This document shows, in pieces, positions 20,914-30,926 of a stretch of DNA of 64,000 nt (the stretch's first letter is position 1; the number at the start of each line of letters is the position of its first letter). The position numbers and the translations under genes are program-made. The stretch covers positions 666,561 to 730,560 of the forward strand of contig AP026679.1 in NCBI GenBank assembly GCA_025999155.1, given 5' to 3'. The notes beneath the pieces were generated by a model that saw only the letters and a program-made list of their open reading frames with translations, did not search any database and was not told where the DNA came from. This DNA comes from Candidatus Dojkabacteria bacterium (GTDB lineage: Bacteria; Patescibacteriota; Dojkabacteria; JAOAGR01).

Positions 20914-22272
20914 ATGTTAGTCAGTATCAATCCAGCAAACGGACAGAAAAGAGCAGAATTTCCCGAATTGTCAGACGAAGAATTGTCATCTAAGCTAGAT
21001 TTAGCAGCTCAGGCCTTTTCAAAATGGAGATTTTCAAGTCTTGATACTCGCAAGGATTTGATGAATAAACTCATACGGAATTTAGATATACACAAAGATT
21101 ACTATTCCAAATTAATTACGACAGAAATGGGCAAACCCATTAGGCAGTCGATTGCTGAGATCGATAAGTGTATAACTATGGCAGAGGTTTACACTAACGA
21201 TATTGATCGTTTCTTACAAGATGAATATGTAAATACGGCCCATAAGGAAAGCTTTATCACATTTGAACCTCTCGGAGCAATACTTGCAGTGATGCCTTGG
21301 AATTTTCCGTTTTGGCAGGTTCTGCGATTTGCCGTGCCAAATGTCCTTTTAGGTAATGTTTGTCTTTTGAAACATGCCTCGAATGTTCAAGGTTGTGCCA
21401 GAGAGTTAGAAAAGCTTTTTGTAGAATCAGGTTTTCCATTAGGCGTATTTCAAAATTTACCAATTACTGCCGCTAAAGTCGAAAAGGTAATAAGGAATCC
21501 TCATGTAAAGGCCGTTACTCTTACAGGAAGTGAAGCTGCTGGAGCAAGTGTTGCTGCGATTGCTGGAAGTGAGATTAAAAAGACCGTTTTGGAGTTAGGT
21601 GGTAGTGATCCTTTTATCGTTCTAGCTGATGCGGATTTAATGCCTGTGTGTCAGAATGCTGTACATGCACGACTCCGAAATGCAGGACAAGCATGTACAT
21701 CAGCAAAAAGGTTTATTGTGGTAAAAGATGTTGTTGAGGAGTTTGCGCTTAATTATGCTAATTACTTCAGAAACGTTGTAGTTGGTGATCCCATGGGTGA
21801 TGTGGATGTTGGACCTTTGGCCTCGGAAGCTGCTTTAAGAGAAGTAGAATTAAAAGTACAGAAAAGTGTAGAAATGGGAGCAAATGTTTTGGTTGGAGGT
21901 AAAAGAATCCAAAGAGAAGGGTTTTACTTCGAGCCAACTATTCTGACTAATGTACGTAAAGGCATGCCTGTGTATGAAGAGGAAATTTTTGGGCCCGTTG
22001 CCTCAATCATTGTTGCAGAAGATGAAGATGATGCAATAAGAATTGCTAATGATACTAAATATGGTTTAGCAGCATCTATCTGGACAAAAGATATTCAAAA
22101 GGCGAAAAATTTAGCACGAAAAATCGAAGCAGGTAGTGTGTATATAAATGCTGTAGTTTCTTCTGATGTACGAATGCCTTTTGGCGGGATAAAAAAATCT
22201 GGTTATGGAAGAGAATTATCTTTATATGGTTTAAGGGAATTTGTGAATATAAAAACTATAATAGTAGAGTAG
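20914..22272 (+). CDS. NAD(P)-dependent aldehyde dehydrogenase, succinate-semialdehyde dehydrogenase-like
   Basis: [55 protein letters not shown]. Confidence 0.93.
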   Translation: MLVSINPANGQKRAEFPELSDEELSSKLDLAAQAFSKWRFSSLDTRKDLMNKLIRNLDIHKDYYSKLITTEMGKPIRQSIAEIDKCITMAEVYTNDIDRFLQDEYVNTAHKESFITFEPLGAILAVMPWNFPFWQVLRFAVPNVLLGNVCLLKHASNVQGCARELEKLFVESGFPLGVFQNLPITAAKVEKVIRNPHVKAVTLTGSEAAGASVAAIAGSEIKKTVLELGGSDPFIVLADADLMPVCQNAVHARLRNAGQACTSAKRFIVVKDVVEEFALNYANYFRNVVVGDPMGDVDVGPLASEAALREVELKVQKSVEMGANVLVGGKRIQREGFYFEPTILTNVRKGMPVYEEEIFGPVASIIVAEDEDDAIRIANDTKYGLAASIWTKDIQKAKNLARKIEAGSVYINAVVSSDVRMPFGGIKKSGYGRELSLYGLREFVNIKTIIVE

Positions 22273-22279
22273 TAAGTAT

Positions 22280-22909
22280 TTAAACTGAGTATTGTTTAGC
22301 CAGGTTTGTTAACATGTCATATTTTTTTTGAGGATTTTTTGTATTTGATAGGTAAGATCCCACGTTCAACACTTTGGGTTTATATTCCATAATATGATGG
22401 ATAGTATCGGTTCCTACGTGTCCATCAATGTGGATGGCGACATTACCTAATAACTTTTTGATTTCGGGTATGTATTTTAGATTTGTATCGTCAAATTTAT
22501 TTCCTTGTTTGCCTATTTTTACCGTCATAATCTGAAGATGGCTATACATTTTGAGTATTTCAATATAATCTAAAGGATTCTGATGAATTTGGATGACAGG
22601 TACAATTTTCGGTGAATATTGTTCCAATAGGGAAATAAATTCTACGTGTACATATATCCAATTAATATTACTAAGTTCAACTAATTTTTGTACTTCAAGT
22701 AAGGGGTTTTCACACATGAGATGGATATTTTTAATAATACTTGAGCCGGTTTCATATATAACCTGTTTTAGAGGTGGTGTTTTGGTAGTAGCGTATATAC
22801 CGTCCGATACGTCAATATGCAAGGTATCACAGAAAGTCGAGAACTGCCGTGCTAATCTGGCGTAATCTTCAAGGTTTGTGGAAAAGATTGCTGGTATAAT
22901 TTTGACCAT
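22280..22909 (-). CDS. rpe: Ribulose-phosphate 3-epimerase
   Basis: IIPAI, HIDVSDG, IHLM, VHVE, IMTV..GKQG, IDG.V, VGS. Confidence 0.85.
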   Translation of the reverse strand: MVKIIPAIFSTNLEDYARLARQFSTFCDTLHIDVSDGIYATTKTPPLKQVIYETGSSIIKNIHLMCENPLLEVQKLVELSNINWIYVHVEFISLLEQYSPKIVPVIQIHQNPLDYIEILKMYSHLQIMTVKIGKQGNKFDDTNLKYIPEIKKLLGNVAIHIDGHVGTDTIHHIMEYKPKVLNVGSYLSNTKNPQKKYDMLTNLAKQYSV

Positions 22910-23006
22910 TTGTACAATTATCTAAAATCTAAAAGAAAAGAAAATATTTAGCCGGAATTTGTATTGCATCAGCTATAACTAAAAACTAAACTGATATATC
23001 AAAACC

Positions 23007-25346
23007 ATGGCCGATCCTAACATAGAGAAAATTCGTAAATATGTCAGAGCTGCTAACTATATTGCAGCGGCTCAAATTTATTTACAAGCAAATTTTGAGT
23101 TAAAAGAGAGATTGTCGTTTGAACATATTAAACCAAGACTACTTGGGCATTGGGGCACATGTCCTGGTATTAATTTTGTTTACGCGCACTTACAATATTT
23201 TGTCAAGAAGACTCGAGAACATGTTTTATTTGTCAATGGTGTTGGTCATGGATTTCCTGCATTACAAGCAAATTTATTTATAGAAGGTAGTCTTACACAT
23301 TTTTATCCTCATATTTCGCGCGATGCCGTAGGACTTGCTTATATAATACGGAATTTTAGTTGGCCTTATGGTTTTCCAAGTCATTCGAATCCTGCTGCAC
23401 CAGGAGTGATACTTGAAGGCGGTGAATTAGGTTATTCGTTAGCAACAGCATATGGAGCAGCTTTGGATAATCCCGATTTGATTGTTGTTTGCCTTGTTGG
23501 GGATGGAGAAGCTGAGACTGGACCTTTGGCGACATCGTGGCATCTAAATAAATTTGTACATCCGAGAACTAACGGTATTGTTTTACCGATTTTGCATCTA
23601 AATGGTTATAAAATTTCGGGACCTACTATCTTTGGTCGAATGTCTACATCTGAATTACTTTCTTTATTTCAAGGTTATGGTTATGATCCAATATTTGTTG
23701 AAGACATTCCGGGTGATGACATTTACGTTCGCATGATTGAAGCTCTGGATAGGTCTTACTCTAAAATCAAACAAATACGCGAACGTGCTCGATCAGGTCA
23801 AAATGTCGTTGCACCAACTTTTCCGATGATCATACTTAAAACTCCAAAAGGCTGGAGTGGCATTCGATACATAGGTAGTAATAGAATAGAAGGAAATTGT
23901 TTGTCTCATCAGGTAGTTGTCAATAATGCAAAGACCGATATTCAGGAGCTGGAATTGTTAGAGGAATGGTTAGGCGCTTATAGATTTTCAGAATTATTTG
24001 ACTCTGAAAAAGGCTTTATACAAGATATTTTAGATATAATTCCAGATGATGATTTGAAAATTGGTTTGAGCAAGTATGCTCATTTTGATCGGCAGAAAAT
24101 CAAGCTCATGGTCCCTAAAGCTGTGGTATTTAGCGAGGATGCTGCTCAACCAGGGACATTAGGATCTAGTTCTATGCGTCGTACAGGAGAATATTTAAAT
24201 GAAGTAATCAAATTAAATGAATTTAATAGGAATTTTCGTATTTTTTCTCCTGATGAAACGTATTCAAACAAGATAGATAAAGTTTTTGACTTTACGACAA
24301 GAGCTTTTGTGTGGCCAATAATGCCTTGGGATAAAGACATAAGTCAAGATGGCCGTGTAATTGAAATGCTAAGTGAACATGCTTTATTTGGGCTTTTGCA
24401 GGGGTATGTGTTAACAGGTAGGTATGGCGTCTTCATATCGTATGAAGCTTTCGTACAGATTATAAGCAGCATGGCTGATCAATATCTTAAATTTGTTAAA
24501 ATCGCGCGTGAAATACCCTGGCGCCCGTCTTATGCATCTTTGAATATAATCCTGACTTCTTCGGGTTGGCGACAGGATCATAACGGTTTTTCTCATCAGA
24601 ATCCGGGTTTTATCAGCGGCTTATTGGAAAAAAATGATCCTTGTGTGAAATTTTACTTCCCTCCGGATGGAAATACTACGTTACAAGTTCTTGAAAAAGC
24701 TTTAAATCTTGAAAATGGCATCAATGTTATTGTAGCAGGTAAGACTCTTGAGCCGAGATGGCTTACTCCGGAGCTTGCCTATAGACAAGTAGAAGAGGGG
24801 GTGATGATTTGGGATTTTGCTAGTGACGATGATCCTCATTTGGTTTTCTGTGCTATCGGTGATTACATGACAAAAGAAATGATGGCTGCAATTGATTTGA
24901 TCAAGCAAGATTTGCCTTTTGTTCGTATTAGATTTGTGAATATCACTGACTTAACTGTAATAAGACAAAAAAACTTAGACGATTATTTTACGCATGATAA
25001 GCCTGTAATAATAAATTTTCATGGTTATCCTGATAGCATTAAAAAACTTTTGTTCGACTATAAGACGAGTAATAGGTTTGATATTAGAGGATTTGTAGAA
25101 AATGGATCAACGACAACTCCTTTTGACATGCAGGTAAGAAATATGACTTCTCGTTGGCACATAGTCTTATCTGCAGTGGAGAGACTTAGAGATATGCAAA
25201 TTATTTCAGCCAATGAGTTTCAATACATCACCAGCAAATATCATCAGAAGTTGAATTTACATAGGGAGTATATAATCCAAAATGGAGTAGATTTACCAGA
25301 AATCAATGAATGGGAGTGGAGGAAAGATCATGTGGGGTCAGTCTAG
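23007..25346 (+). CDS. xfp: Phosphoketolase (xylulose-5-P/fructose-6-P)
   Basis: LLGHWGTCPG, EGGELGYSL, GDGEAETGPL, LHLNGYKI, EMLSEH, WRQDHNGFSHQNPG. Confidence 0.97.
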   Translation: MADPNIEKIRKYVRAANYIAAAQIYLQANFELKERLSFEHIKPRLLGHWGTCPGINFVYAHLQYFVKKTREHVLFVNGVGHGFPALQANLFIEGSLTHFYPHISRDAVGLAYIIRNFSWPYGFPSHSNPAAPGVILEGGELGYSLATAYGAALDNPDLIVVCLVGDGEAETGPLATSWHLNKFVHPRTNGIVLPILHLNGYKISGPTIFGRMSTSELLSLFQGYGYDPIFVEDIPGDDIYVRMIEALDRSYSKIKQIRERARSGQNVVAPTFPMIILKTPKGWSGIRYIGSNRIEGNCLSHQVVVNNAKTDIQELELLEEWLGAYRFSELFDSEKGFIQDILDIIPDDDLKIGLSKYAHFDRQKIKLMVPKAVVFSEDAAQPGTLGSSSMRRTGEYLNEVIKLNEFNRNFRIFSPDETYSNKIDKVFDFTTRAFVWPIMPWDKDISQDGRVIEMLSEHALFGLLQGYVLTGRYGVFISYEAFVQIISSMADQYLKFVKIAREIPWRPSYASLNIILTSSGWRQDHNGFSHQNPGFISGLLEKNDPCVKFYFPPDGNTTLQVLEKALNLENGINVIVAGKTLEPRWLTPELAYRQVEEGVMIWDFASDDDPHLVFCAIGDYMTKEMMAAIDLIKQDLPFVRIRFVNITDLTVIRQKNLDDYFTHDKPVIINFHGYPDSIKKLLFDYKTSNRFDIRGFVENGSTTTPFDMQVRNMTSRWHIVLSAVERLRDMQIISANEFQYITSKYHQKLNLHREYIIQNGVDLPEINEWEWRKDHVGSV

Positions 25347-25401
25347 GTGATATGGACTAAATGTGAAGCATGTACTTTTCTTATATTCTTGCTTGCAATA
25401 A

Positions 25402-25983
25402 TTAAATTGTGATTAGTGAAGGATTGTGGTTTTGAATTACTATGACTTGATTGTGATTAATGCGTAGGTCATTGAGGGCGTCATTCTTTGGTTTAAAAAA
25501 GTATTTATAGGCAGCAATCATTATTCCGTGATGTGCGATGATACAAATATCTTGTCTAGAATTTTCAATTTCCATAAATAATGGCTTGACCGTGCAATAC
25601 AGCTCTTGATATGAACCTCCTTTTTTGCCTTGATACGTACCTGGGTGTTTGAATTTAAAACGATTTTTTTCTCTTTGTTCTAGTAGTGTTTTCTCAATCT
25701 CGCTTCGATACTTACCTTCCCATGATCCATAGCATACTTCCTGTAATCTATAGTCAATAATTGCTGGTTTTTGTAAGTTTGTGTTGAGAATTTTGAATGT
25801 CTGAAGGACACGTGGCGCTGGGCTAATATAAAACAACTTGATATCAAAGCTTTTCTCTATAAAATCTCTTAATTTTTTAGTTTGTTTGACACCTTTGTCT
25901 GTCAGAGGACTGTTAGAAACTCCTTGAAATCTATCTTCTTTATTATAGACAGTTTGTCCGTGTCTACATATTACAATAGCCAT
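25402..25983 (-). CDS. Histidine phosphatase superfamily protein (PGM-like)
   Basis: RHGQT..N...FQG....LTDKG, SP..R..QT, E..YG.WEG, AHHG. Confidence 0.9.
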   Translation of the reverse strand: MAIVICRHGQTVYNKEDRFQGVSNSPLTDKGVKQTKKLRDFIEKSFDIKLFYISPAPRVLQTFKILNTNLQKPAIIDYRLQEVCYGSWEGKYRSEIEKTLLEQREKNRFKFKHPGTYQGKKGGSYQELYCTVKPLFMEIENSRQDICIIAHHGIMIAAYKYFFKPKNDALNDLRINHNQVIVIQNHNPSLITI

Positions 25984-26069
25984 ATTTGATTATTACAAAA
26001 TAATCACAAAATAAGAATTGATGGGAGAACAAGAATTGTATATATTGGATTGATGTAATTTTTTTGAGT

Positions 26070-27383
26070 ATGGCTAAAGTAATGTTTTTTGGATTGGGGG
26101 CTGTTGCTTCGGTAATGGCTACAGCTTGGTATGAACTTTGTGAGAAATACGGTCTAGATAAACCTACTTTTATCTTCATTGTTCGTAATAAAACAAAATC
26201 TATAGAGTACTTGTGGAAATCTCTCAAAGTACTTGAAAGATCGGTTTTTATAGAAATCAGGGATTTTAATAATTTAGAAGCAGAAATATTAGAAAATAAA
26301 GATGCATTTACAGATGTAGACTTATGTATCAATGCATCCTTACCTGATTTCAATGCAACTATCCAAAGAATATCACTAGCTATAGGAGCAAATTATTGTG
26401 ACCTAGCTTCCGACATGTACAATCGTGAGACCTTAGAAACATTGAGTTTCTTGCAATTTCAATATGATGATGAATTTCGTACTAAGAGAATTTTCAGTTT
26501 AATTAATCTTGGCGTATCTCCTGGACTGACAAATTTCTTAGTAGGAGAAAAAATTCTTGCTTGGCAAAAGCTTTCGCCAGCTGTCGATATTAGAAGTGTT
26601 GATATATTTTTACTTGAGGATATAGTTTCCGAAAAAATTATATTTTCCTGGTCGCCTAAAGTTGCTATTGAGGAACTAAAGCAACAACCTCGATATCTAG
26701 AAAAGGGTAATTTATCCTCAATTGAGCCTTTCTCACAATCACAAGATTACCAGTTTTTGTTTAGAAATATTTTGACAACGGAATATCCAATTTTTCAGGA
26801 AGAGGTTTTGTCTTTACACAGGTCATTTCCTAATATTCCGAATATAAAAATATATACAGGAGGAGGTGAGATAGAAATTATAAAAACTTTGTATCAATTG
26901 AATTTATTATCCGAGGCAAATGTGGATTGTGCAGGAAACCAAGCAAGTATTGCTAGAATATTAGACTCTATTTTACCCGGGATTTTGTCTCCTAAACAGG
27001 TGCATGAGATTGTGATGCAAAATCTTATCAAACATGCTCAATTTGCAGCATCAATAGAGCTAGTATTTAGTATTTCAGAAAAAGGTTTCAGTGATAAAGA
27101 TGGATTGATAGTAGAAAAGTTAGGAGTTTATTTTAATGATTATATGCAATTGAAAGATACAAACTACGCAGGTGCGACTTATATATCCTATCCGACTGGA
27201 GTGAGTGCTGCAGTTCTACTTTTTCACACTTATCTTAGTTGGCTAAATTCTAATCACAAGATAGTTGGAGTTATGACATCTGAGGTTATACCTTCCTTGC
27301 TAAATCCAGATTCTATAGAGAATATCAAGAAAGATTTAGTTAGCTACAGATTGATTTTTACTACAGAATTATCTAAAAAATAA
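26070..27383 (+). CDS. Saccharopine dehydrogenase-family oxidoreductase (lysine 6-dehydrogenase/carboxynorspermidine synthase-like)
   Basis: GLGAVAS Rossmann start, INASLP.FN, GANYCDLA, LGVSPGLTN, FSWSP..AIEE. Confidence 0.8.
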   Translation: MAKVMFFGLGAVASVMATAWYELCEKYGLDKPTFIFIVRNKTKSIEYLWKSLKVLERSVFIEIRDFNNLEAEILENKDAFTDVDLCINASLPDFNATIQRISLAIGANYCDLASDMYNRETLETLSFLQFQYDDEFRTKRIFSLINLGVSPGLTNFLVGEKILAWQKLSPAVDIRSVDIFLLEDIVSEKIIFSWSPKVAIEELKQQPRYLEKGNLSSIEPFSQSQDYQFLFRNILTTEYPIFQEEVLSLHRSFPNIPNIKIYTGGGEIEIIKTLYQLNLLSEANVDCAGNQASIARILDSILPGILSPKQVHEIVMQNLIKHAQFAASIELVFSISEKGFSDKDGLIVEKLGVYFNDYMQLKDTNYAGATYISYPTGVSAAVLLFHTYLSWLNSNHKIVGVMTSEVIPSLLNPDSIENIKKDLVSYRLIFTTELSKK

Positions 27384-27417
27384 GTACTTAATTAATTGAC
27401 GAAGGTCAGAATTTGCT

Positions 27418-28374
27418 ATGGATTTTATAGTAAATATATTTTTTATTGCTGTTGGCTTTATTGTTATATGGATTGCTTCTGGTTTTGTGATTAAGGCGAT
27501 AGAGTTCATTTCAGCTAGAAGTAAGATTTCTTCTTTTGCTATCTCATTTTTTGTTTTAGGGCTACTTACCACTGTACCAGAAATAGGAATAATATTTAGT
27601 TCTATAAACGCTGGGAGTCATAGTATAGCCATAGGTAATTTGATTGGAGGAATACTTATCCTACTTTTTATTGTAATTCCTGTATATGCTATTTTATCTA
27701 ATGGTATCGCTCTAAATGAGAATGAGGAAGGAAAAATTTTTAATAGTATTGTATTGGTCATCTTACTGCCTTTCGTCCTAATATACGATAAAGTAGTGAA
27801 TAGTTTTGATGCTTTGATTTTAATTGGAGGTTATGGATTCTTGGTCTATCGTGCTTATGTAAGGCGAGATAAATCTTTGGATGCAGAAATACGTAGATTA
27901 ATGAAGGATAGAGTATCTATATGGGACTATTTAAAGCAAACTCTTTCTATACTTATTGGTATTGCTGTAGTCTTGATCAGTAGTGATTTTCTTATCAATC
28001 ATGCGATAGAACTTGCTGATAATCTTGGTTTTTCAACTTTTTTGTCAGGACTATTGATTTTAGCAATAGGAACTAACCTTCCTGAATTATCGATGATGTT
28101 TCGGGCGATTTTGGATAAGAGACAAGATATAGCTTTAGGGGATTATTTAGGTTCGGCTGTTGTTAATGTTATTCTAATCGCGATGACTGTATTCTTTGGG
28201 GGAGAGGCGAGGTTAGACGGGAATGTAAATGTATTAATAAGCTTTTTTACAATAGCCATCTTAACATTTTTCTTAACTTTTAGGTTAAATAATAAATTAA
28301 GCCGTTTTGAAGGAGTGATTCTAGTTGGGATGTATATTATGTTTCTTACTCTTGAAGTATTTTCTATACGTTGA
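27418..28374 (+). CDS. Calcium/sodium antiporter (CaCA, YrbG-like)
   Basis: Two alpha repeats LLTTVPE...GNLIG and IGTNLPEL...GDYLGS; about 10 TM segments. Confidence 0.9.
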   Translation: MDFIVNIFFIAVGFIVIWIASGFVIKAIEFISARSKISSFAISFFVLGLLTTVPEIGIIFSSINAGSHSIAIGNLIGGILILLFIVIPVYAILSNGIALNENEEGKIFNSIVLVILLPFVLIYDKVVNSFDALILIGGYGFLVYRAYVRRDKSLDAEIRRLMKDRVSIWDYLKQTLSILIGIAVVLISSDFLINHAIELADNLGFSTFLSGLLILAIGTNLPELSMMFRAILDKRQDIALGDYLGSAVVNVILIAMTVFFGGEARLDGNVNVLISFFTIAILTFFLTFRLNNKLSRFEGVILVGMYIMFLTLEVFSIR

Positions 28375-28406
28375 GTTGTATTGTCCGTATATGATAAGAT
28401 CTTTGG

Positions 28407-28856
28407 ATGAGTAAGCGTAAGGGACAAAAATCACAACCGAAGAAAAAAACAAATATACAGTTTATATTTGTAGCTATTAGTGGGGCTCTAATACTGTTCT
28501 TGCTTATTGGAATTTTTATTTTGCTTTTCCCAAAAAGTGAAACAAGAGAAATAGTTGTCGTGGATAGTTCGGTAGTGCAAATTGAGAATGGCGTACAAAT
28601 AATAAATATGAAGGCAAAGAATGGTTTTACTCCAAGCGATATTGTCGCATATGCGAATATGCCTACTATACTTCGAGTTCAGACTTCTAATACTATTGAT
28701 TGTTCAAACACTGTTAGAATTCCGAAGCTTGGTATCTCACAGCCTCTGACTTTCAATGGTACAACCGATATAAATATACCACCTGCAGAGAAAGGGCAGG
28801 AGTTAGTCGGGACATGTGGTATGGCGCATTATGTTTTTAAAATTAGATTTATTTAG
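28407..28856 (+). CDS. Membrane-anchored cupredoxin-domain protein
   Basis: GFTPSDIV...DCSNTVRIP...TCGMAHY. Confidence 0.85.
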   Translation: MSKRKGQKSQPKKKTNIQFIFVAISGALILFLLIGIFILLFPKSETREIVVVDSSVVQIENGVQIINMKAKNGFTPSDIVAYANMPTILRVQTSNTIDCSNTVRIPKLGISQPLTFNGTTDINIPPAEKGQELVGTCGMAHYVFKIRFI

Positions 28857-28871
28857 TACATATTTCACACA

Positions 28872-30122
28872 ATGGGAACTAAATCAATTAATCATAAGAG
28901 CAATACAAAGTGCTATGAGTTTAAAGTACATGGTATGCATTGTGCTTCATGTGAATTAACTGTCGAAAGAGCCATCAAGAAGTTTGAAGGAGTAAGTAAA
29001 GTAGATGCAAATTTGGAAGACCAGACTGTCAAGGTTTATGGATATTTCAATGATGACAGGGCTCATGTAGCTCAAAAATTAACACGATTGTTAGAAGAAT
29101 ATGGGTATTCTCTCGAATCAGCCGGCTCTATACATCATCAGAAATTAAACAAGTTTCAGAATTGGAAGGAATATGTCCTGGCAGGTGGTATTGTTGCTAT
29201 TTTAATGTTCTTGTATTTGGTGTTAGAAAATGCTGGTTTATTTCGTTTAGATCTTGCTACGTTAAATTATACGTATTATTTTGTGATAGGAGTTATCGCT
29301 TCTTTATCTTCATGTGCTGCATTAATTGGTGGTGTTTTGCTGTCCATGTCCGCAAACGAAGTTAAAGAGAATGTACCTATAAGCAACTTACGCTTACAAC
29401 AATTAGTTTTTCATGTTAGTAGGCTTCTCAGTTTTTTTATTCTAGGGGGGGTACTAGGTTTTGTAGGGAGTATTTTGCCTTTTGAGTATATTGTGACGAC
29501 TATTTTGGCTTTACTTATGTCTTCTCTTGCTCATCGTTTTATCCTACGACGAATTAAGAAACTGAAAGATTGGTATTCTGCAGCATTGTACTTTGTTATG
29601 ATTGGTTTATTCTGGTTTGTAAGTATAGGCTTTTTCAACTTGCTTGCTATCGGAATGAATTTGCCTGTTTCAGTTATTGCACAGGCTATCATGATGGTAT
29701 TAATTGCTGGATTTATTGGGATTATGGCGATGAATTTATTAGATTTCTTCGATATAACGAACTACTTTCAGTTAAAATTACCAAAGAGTGTAACAAGAGT
29801 TTTTTTAAAGTCTGAAGAAGTGAATAATCTTGCGGGTCCTGCTCTTTTTGGATTTTTCAGTTTCTTTTTCCCATGTGGTTATACTTTGACTGTGCAGGGT
29901 TTAGCTTTAGAATCAAAATCTTTTCTAGAAGGTGCTATCATGATGTTTATTTTTGCACTAGGGACTTTGCCAGTATTGGCAATAATCAGTTTTTCATCTC
30001 TTAATCTGGGAAGGAATAATAGATATGCTGGGGTGTTTTTCAAAGCTTCCGGGATATTTTTGATAGTATTAGCAGTTACAAATCTTGTTGCTGCTTTTAG
30101 GCTGCTTGGGATATTTTTATGA
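28872..30122 (+). CDS. Heavy-metal-associated domain + DsbD_2/TauE-type membrane protein
   Basis: GMHCASCE HMA motif; SSCAALIGG, FHVSRL..F..LGG, FFPCG, MFIFALGTLP. Confidence 0.88.
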   Translation: MGTKSINHKSNTKCYEFKVHGMHCASCELTVERAIKKFEGVSKVDANLEDQTVKVYGYFNDDRAHVAQKLTRLLEEYGYSLESAGSIHHQKLNKFQNWKEYVLAGGIVAILMFLYLVLENAGLFRLDLATLNYTYYFVIGVIASLSSCAALIGGVLLSMSANEVKENVPISNLRLQQLVFHVSRLLSFFILGGVLGFVGSILPFEYIVTTILALLMSSLAHRFILRRIKKLKDWYSAALYFVMIGLFWFVSIGFFNLLAIGMNLPVSVIAQAIMMVLIAGFIGIMAMNLLDFFDITNYFQLKLPKSVTRVFLKSEEVNNLAGPALFGFFSFFFPCGYTLTVQGLALESKSFLEGAIMMFIFALGTLPVLAIISFSSLNLGRNNRYAGVFFKASGIFLIVLAVTNLVAAFRLLGIFL

Positions 30123-30259
30123 AATAATCAATATTTGCAATCATTCAACTTTTAGAACGAGATAGAAACATTTATCTGTCCTGAAGCCTTTAAAGATAAA
30201 TGTATGTGAAGGCCATTATCTATTAATCAATCGACTGTATTGGTAGATAGTTAATTAAG

Positions 30260-30335
30260 TGGCTCGAGAGGTGGGACTTGAACCCACGACCCAGCGGTTA
30301 ACAGCCGCTCGCTCTACCGACTGAGCTACTCTCGA
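30260..30335 (-). tRNA. tRNA-Asn (GTT)
   Basis: TCGAGAG TA GCTC AGTCGGTA GAGC G AGCGG CTGTTAA CCGCT GGGTC GTGGG TTCAAGT CCCAC CTCTCGA G CCA. Has U1-A72, the GatCAB determinant. Confidence 0.97.
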
Positions 30336-30439
30336 ATAACTTAAATAAATACCTATTATGATATATTGAGTTTATGTTTTTTGCAACAATGATTACACCT
30401 AAATATTATTGTTTTTATTATTTTACATGATTAGAAAGT

Positions 30440-30468
30440 TTGAATGGAGATTGTACCTTTGTTACTAT
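30440..30468 (+). promoter_or_regulatory. Sigma70-type promoter driving the non-coding RNA
   Basis: TTGAAT-17 nt-TACTAT with an extended -10 TG; no ORF of 60 aa or more downstream for about 450 nt. Confidence 0.6.
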
Positions 30469-30474
30469 GAAGAT

Positions 30475-30835
30475 GTGTAATTGTGCATTGTTAGTTATAT
30501 GCATGCATTAGATGGTAAATTTGCCGCTGCTAATTCGTACTCACATTCAAGGGCTGTTAGTTCTGCAAAATCCGCATAGAGCGCATATAAGAAACCCGTA
30601 GAGGGGCGACTAAGTCTCGCTGCTTCATCTCGTGAAAAGGCAAATACTTAGACACAAGAATGTCTAAATCAGACACCAGTTGAGGATACTAGACCTGTCG
30701 AGTCATTTTCATACACAATGATGTAGTAATGTATTGACTTTCTAGATTCGTTCAGTAGGTAACGAAATTGATATCGAAATAACCTTGTGATAATAATCCC
30801 CGTAGGGATACAAATTTTCGGTTATGTGGCATTAT
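30475..30835 (+). ncRNA. Large structured RNA with RNase P RNA topology and a non-canonical P4 (candidate divergent rnpB)
   Basis: Manual pairings: P1 30478-87/30825-34 (imperfect); P2 TTGTTA 30488-93/TAATAA 30791-96; single G 30494; P3 TTATATGC 30495-502/GCATATAA 30583-90; P4 AACCCGTAG 30593-601/TTTCGGTT 30816-23; P15 TTCGTT-CAGTAGGT-AACGAA 30747-66; P19 TCCC-CGTA-GGGA followed by ACAAA. Confidence 0.55.
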
Positions 30836-30872
30836 CCTAATCATTAGGATTAGAAAGTATTTTTTGTAATCC

Positions 30873-30906
30873 GCATATTGATCAATATGCTACTTTTGTC
30901 TATAGT
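30873..30906 (+). promoter_or_regulatory. Promoter with a perfect 18-bp palindrome over the -35 box
   Basis: GCATATTGATCAATATGC (30873-30890); TTGATC-17 nt-TATAGT (30878-30906) upstream of the ATG at 30927. Confidence 0.55.
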
Positions 30907-30926
30907 CGTGCCATATTACTTACATA

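Noticed and set aside
30598-30700. Lysine or cobalamin riboswitch (TAGAGGGGCG; AGACCTGTC)
   Set aside because: Other core motifs are missing (AGTA loop E, GCCGAA and GAGnGCTA for lysine; GGGAA..GGTG for cobalamin).
30475-30850. tmRNA (an Ala-rich mini-ORF MHALDGKFAAANSYSHSRAVSSAKSA* and GGGGCG are present)
   Set aside because: No TTCGA T-arm, acceptor stem or CCA end in standard or permuted order.
30565-30910. Group I intron (AATCCGCA, GACTA, TATAGTC)
   Set aside because: No interrupted host gene, no AAGA in J8/7, and implausible spacing.
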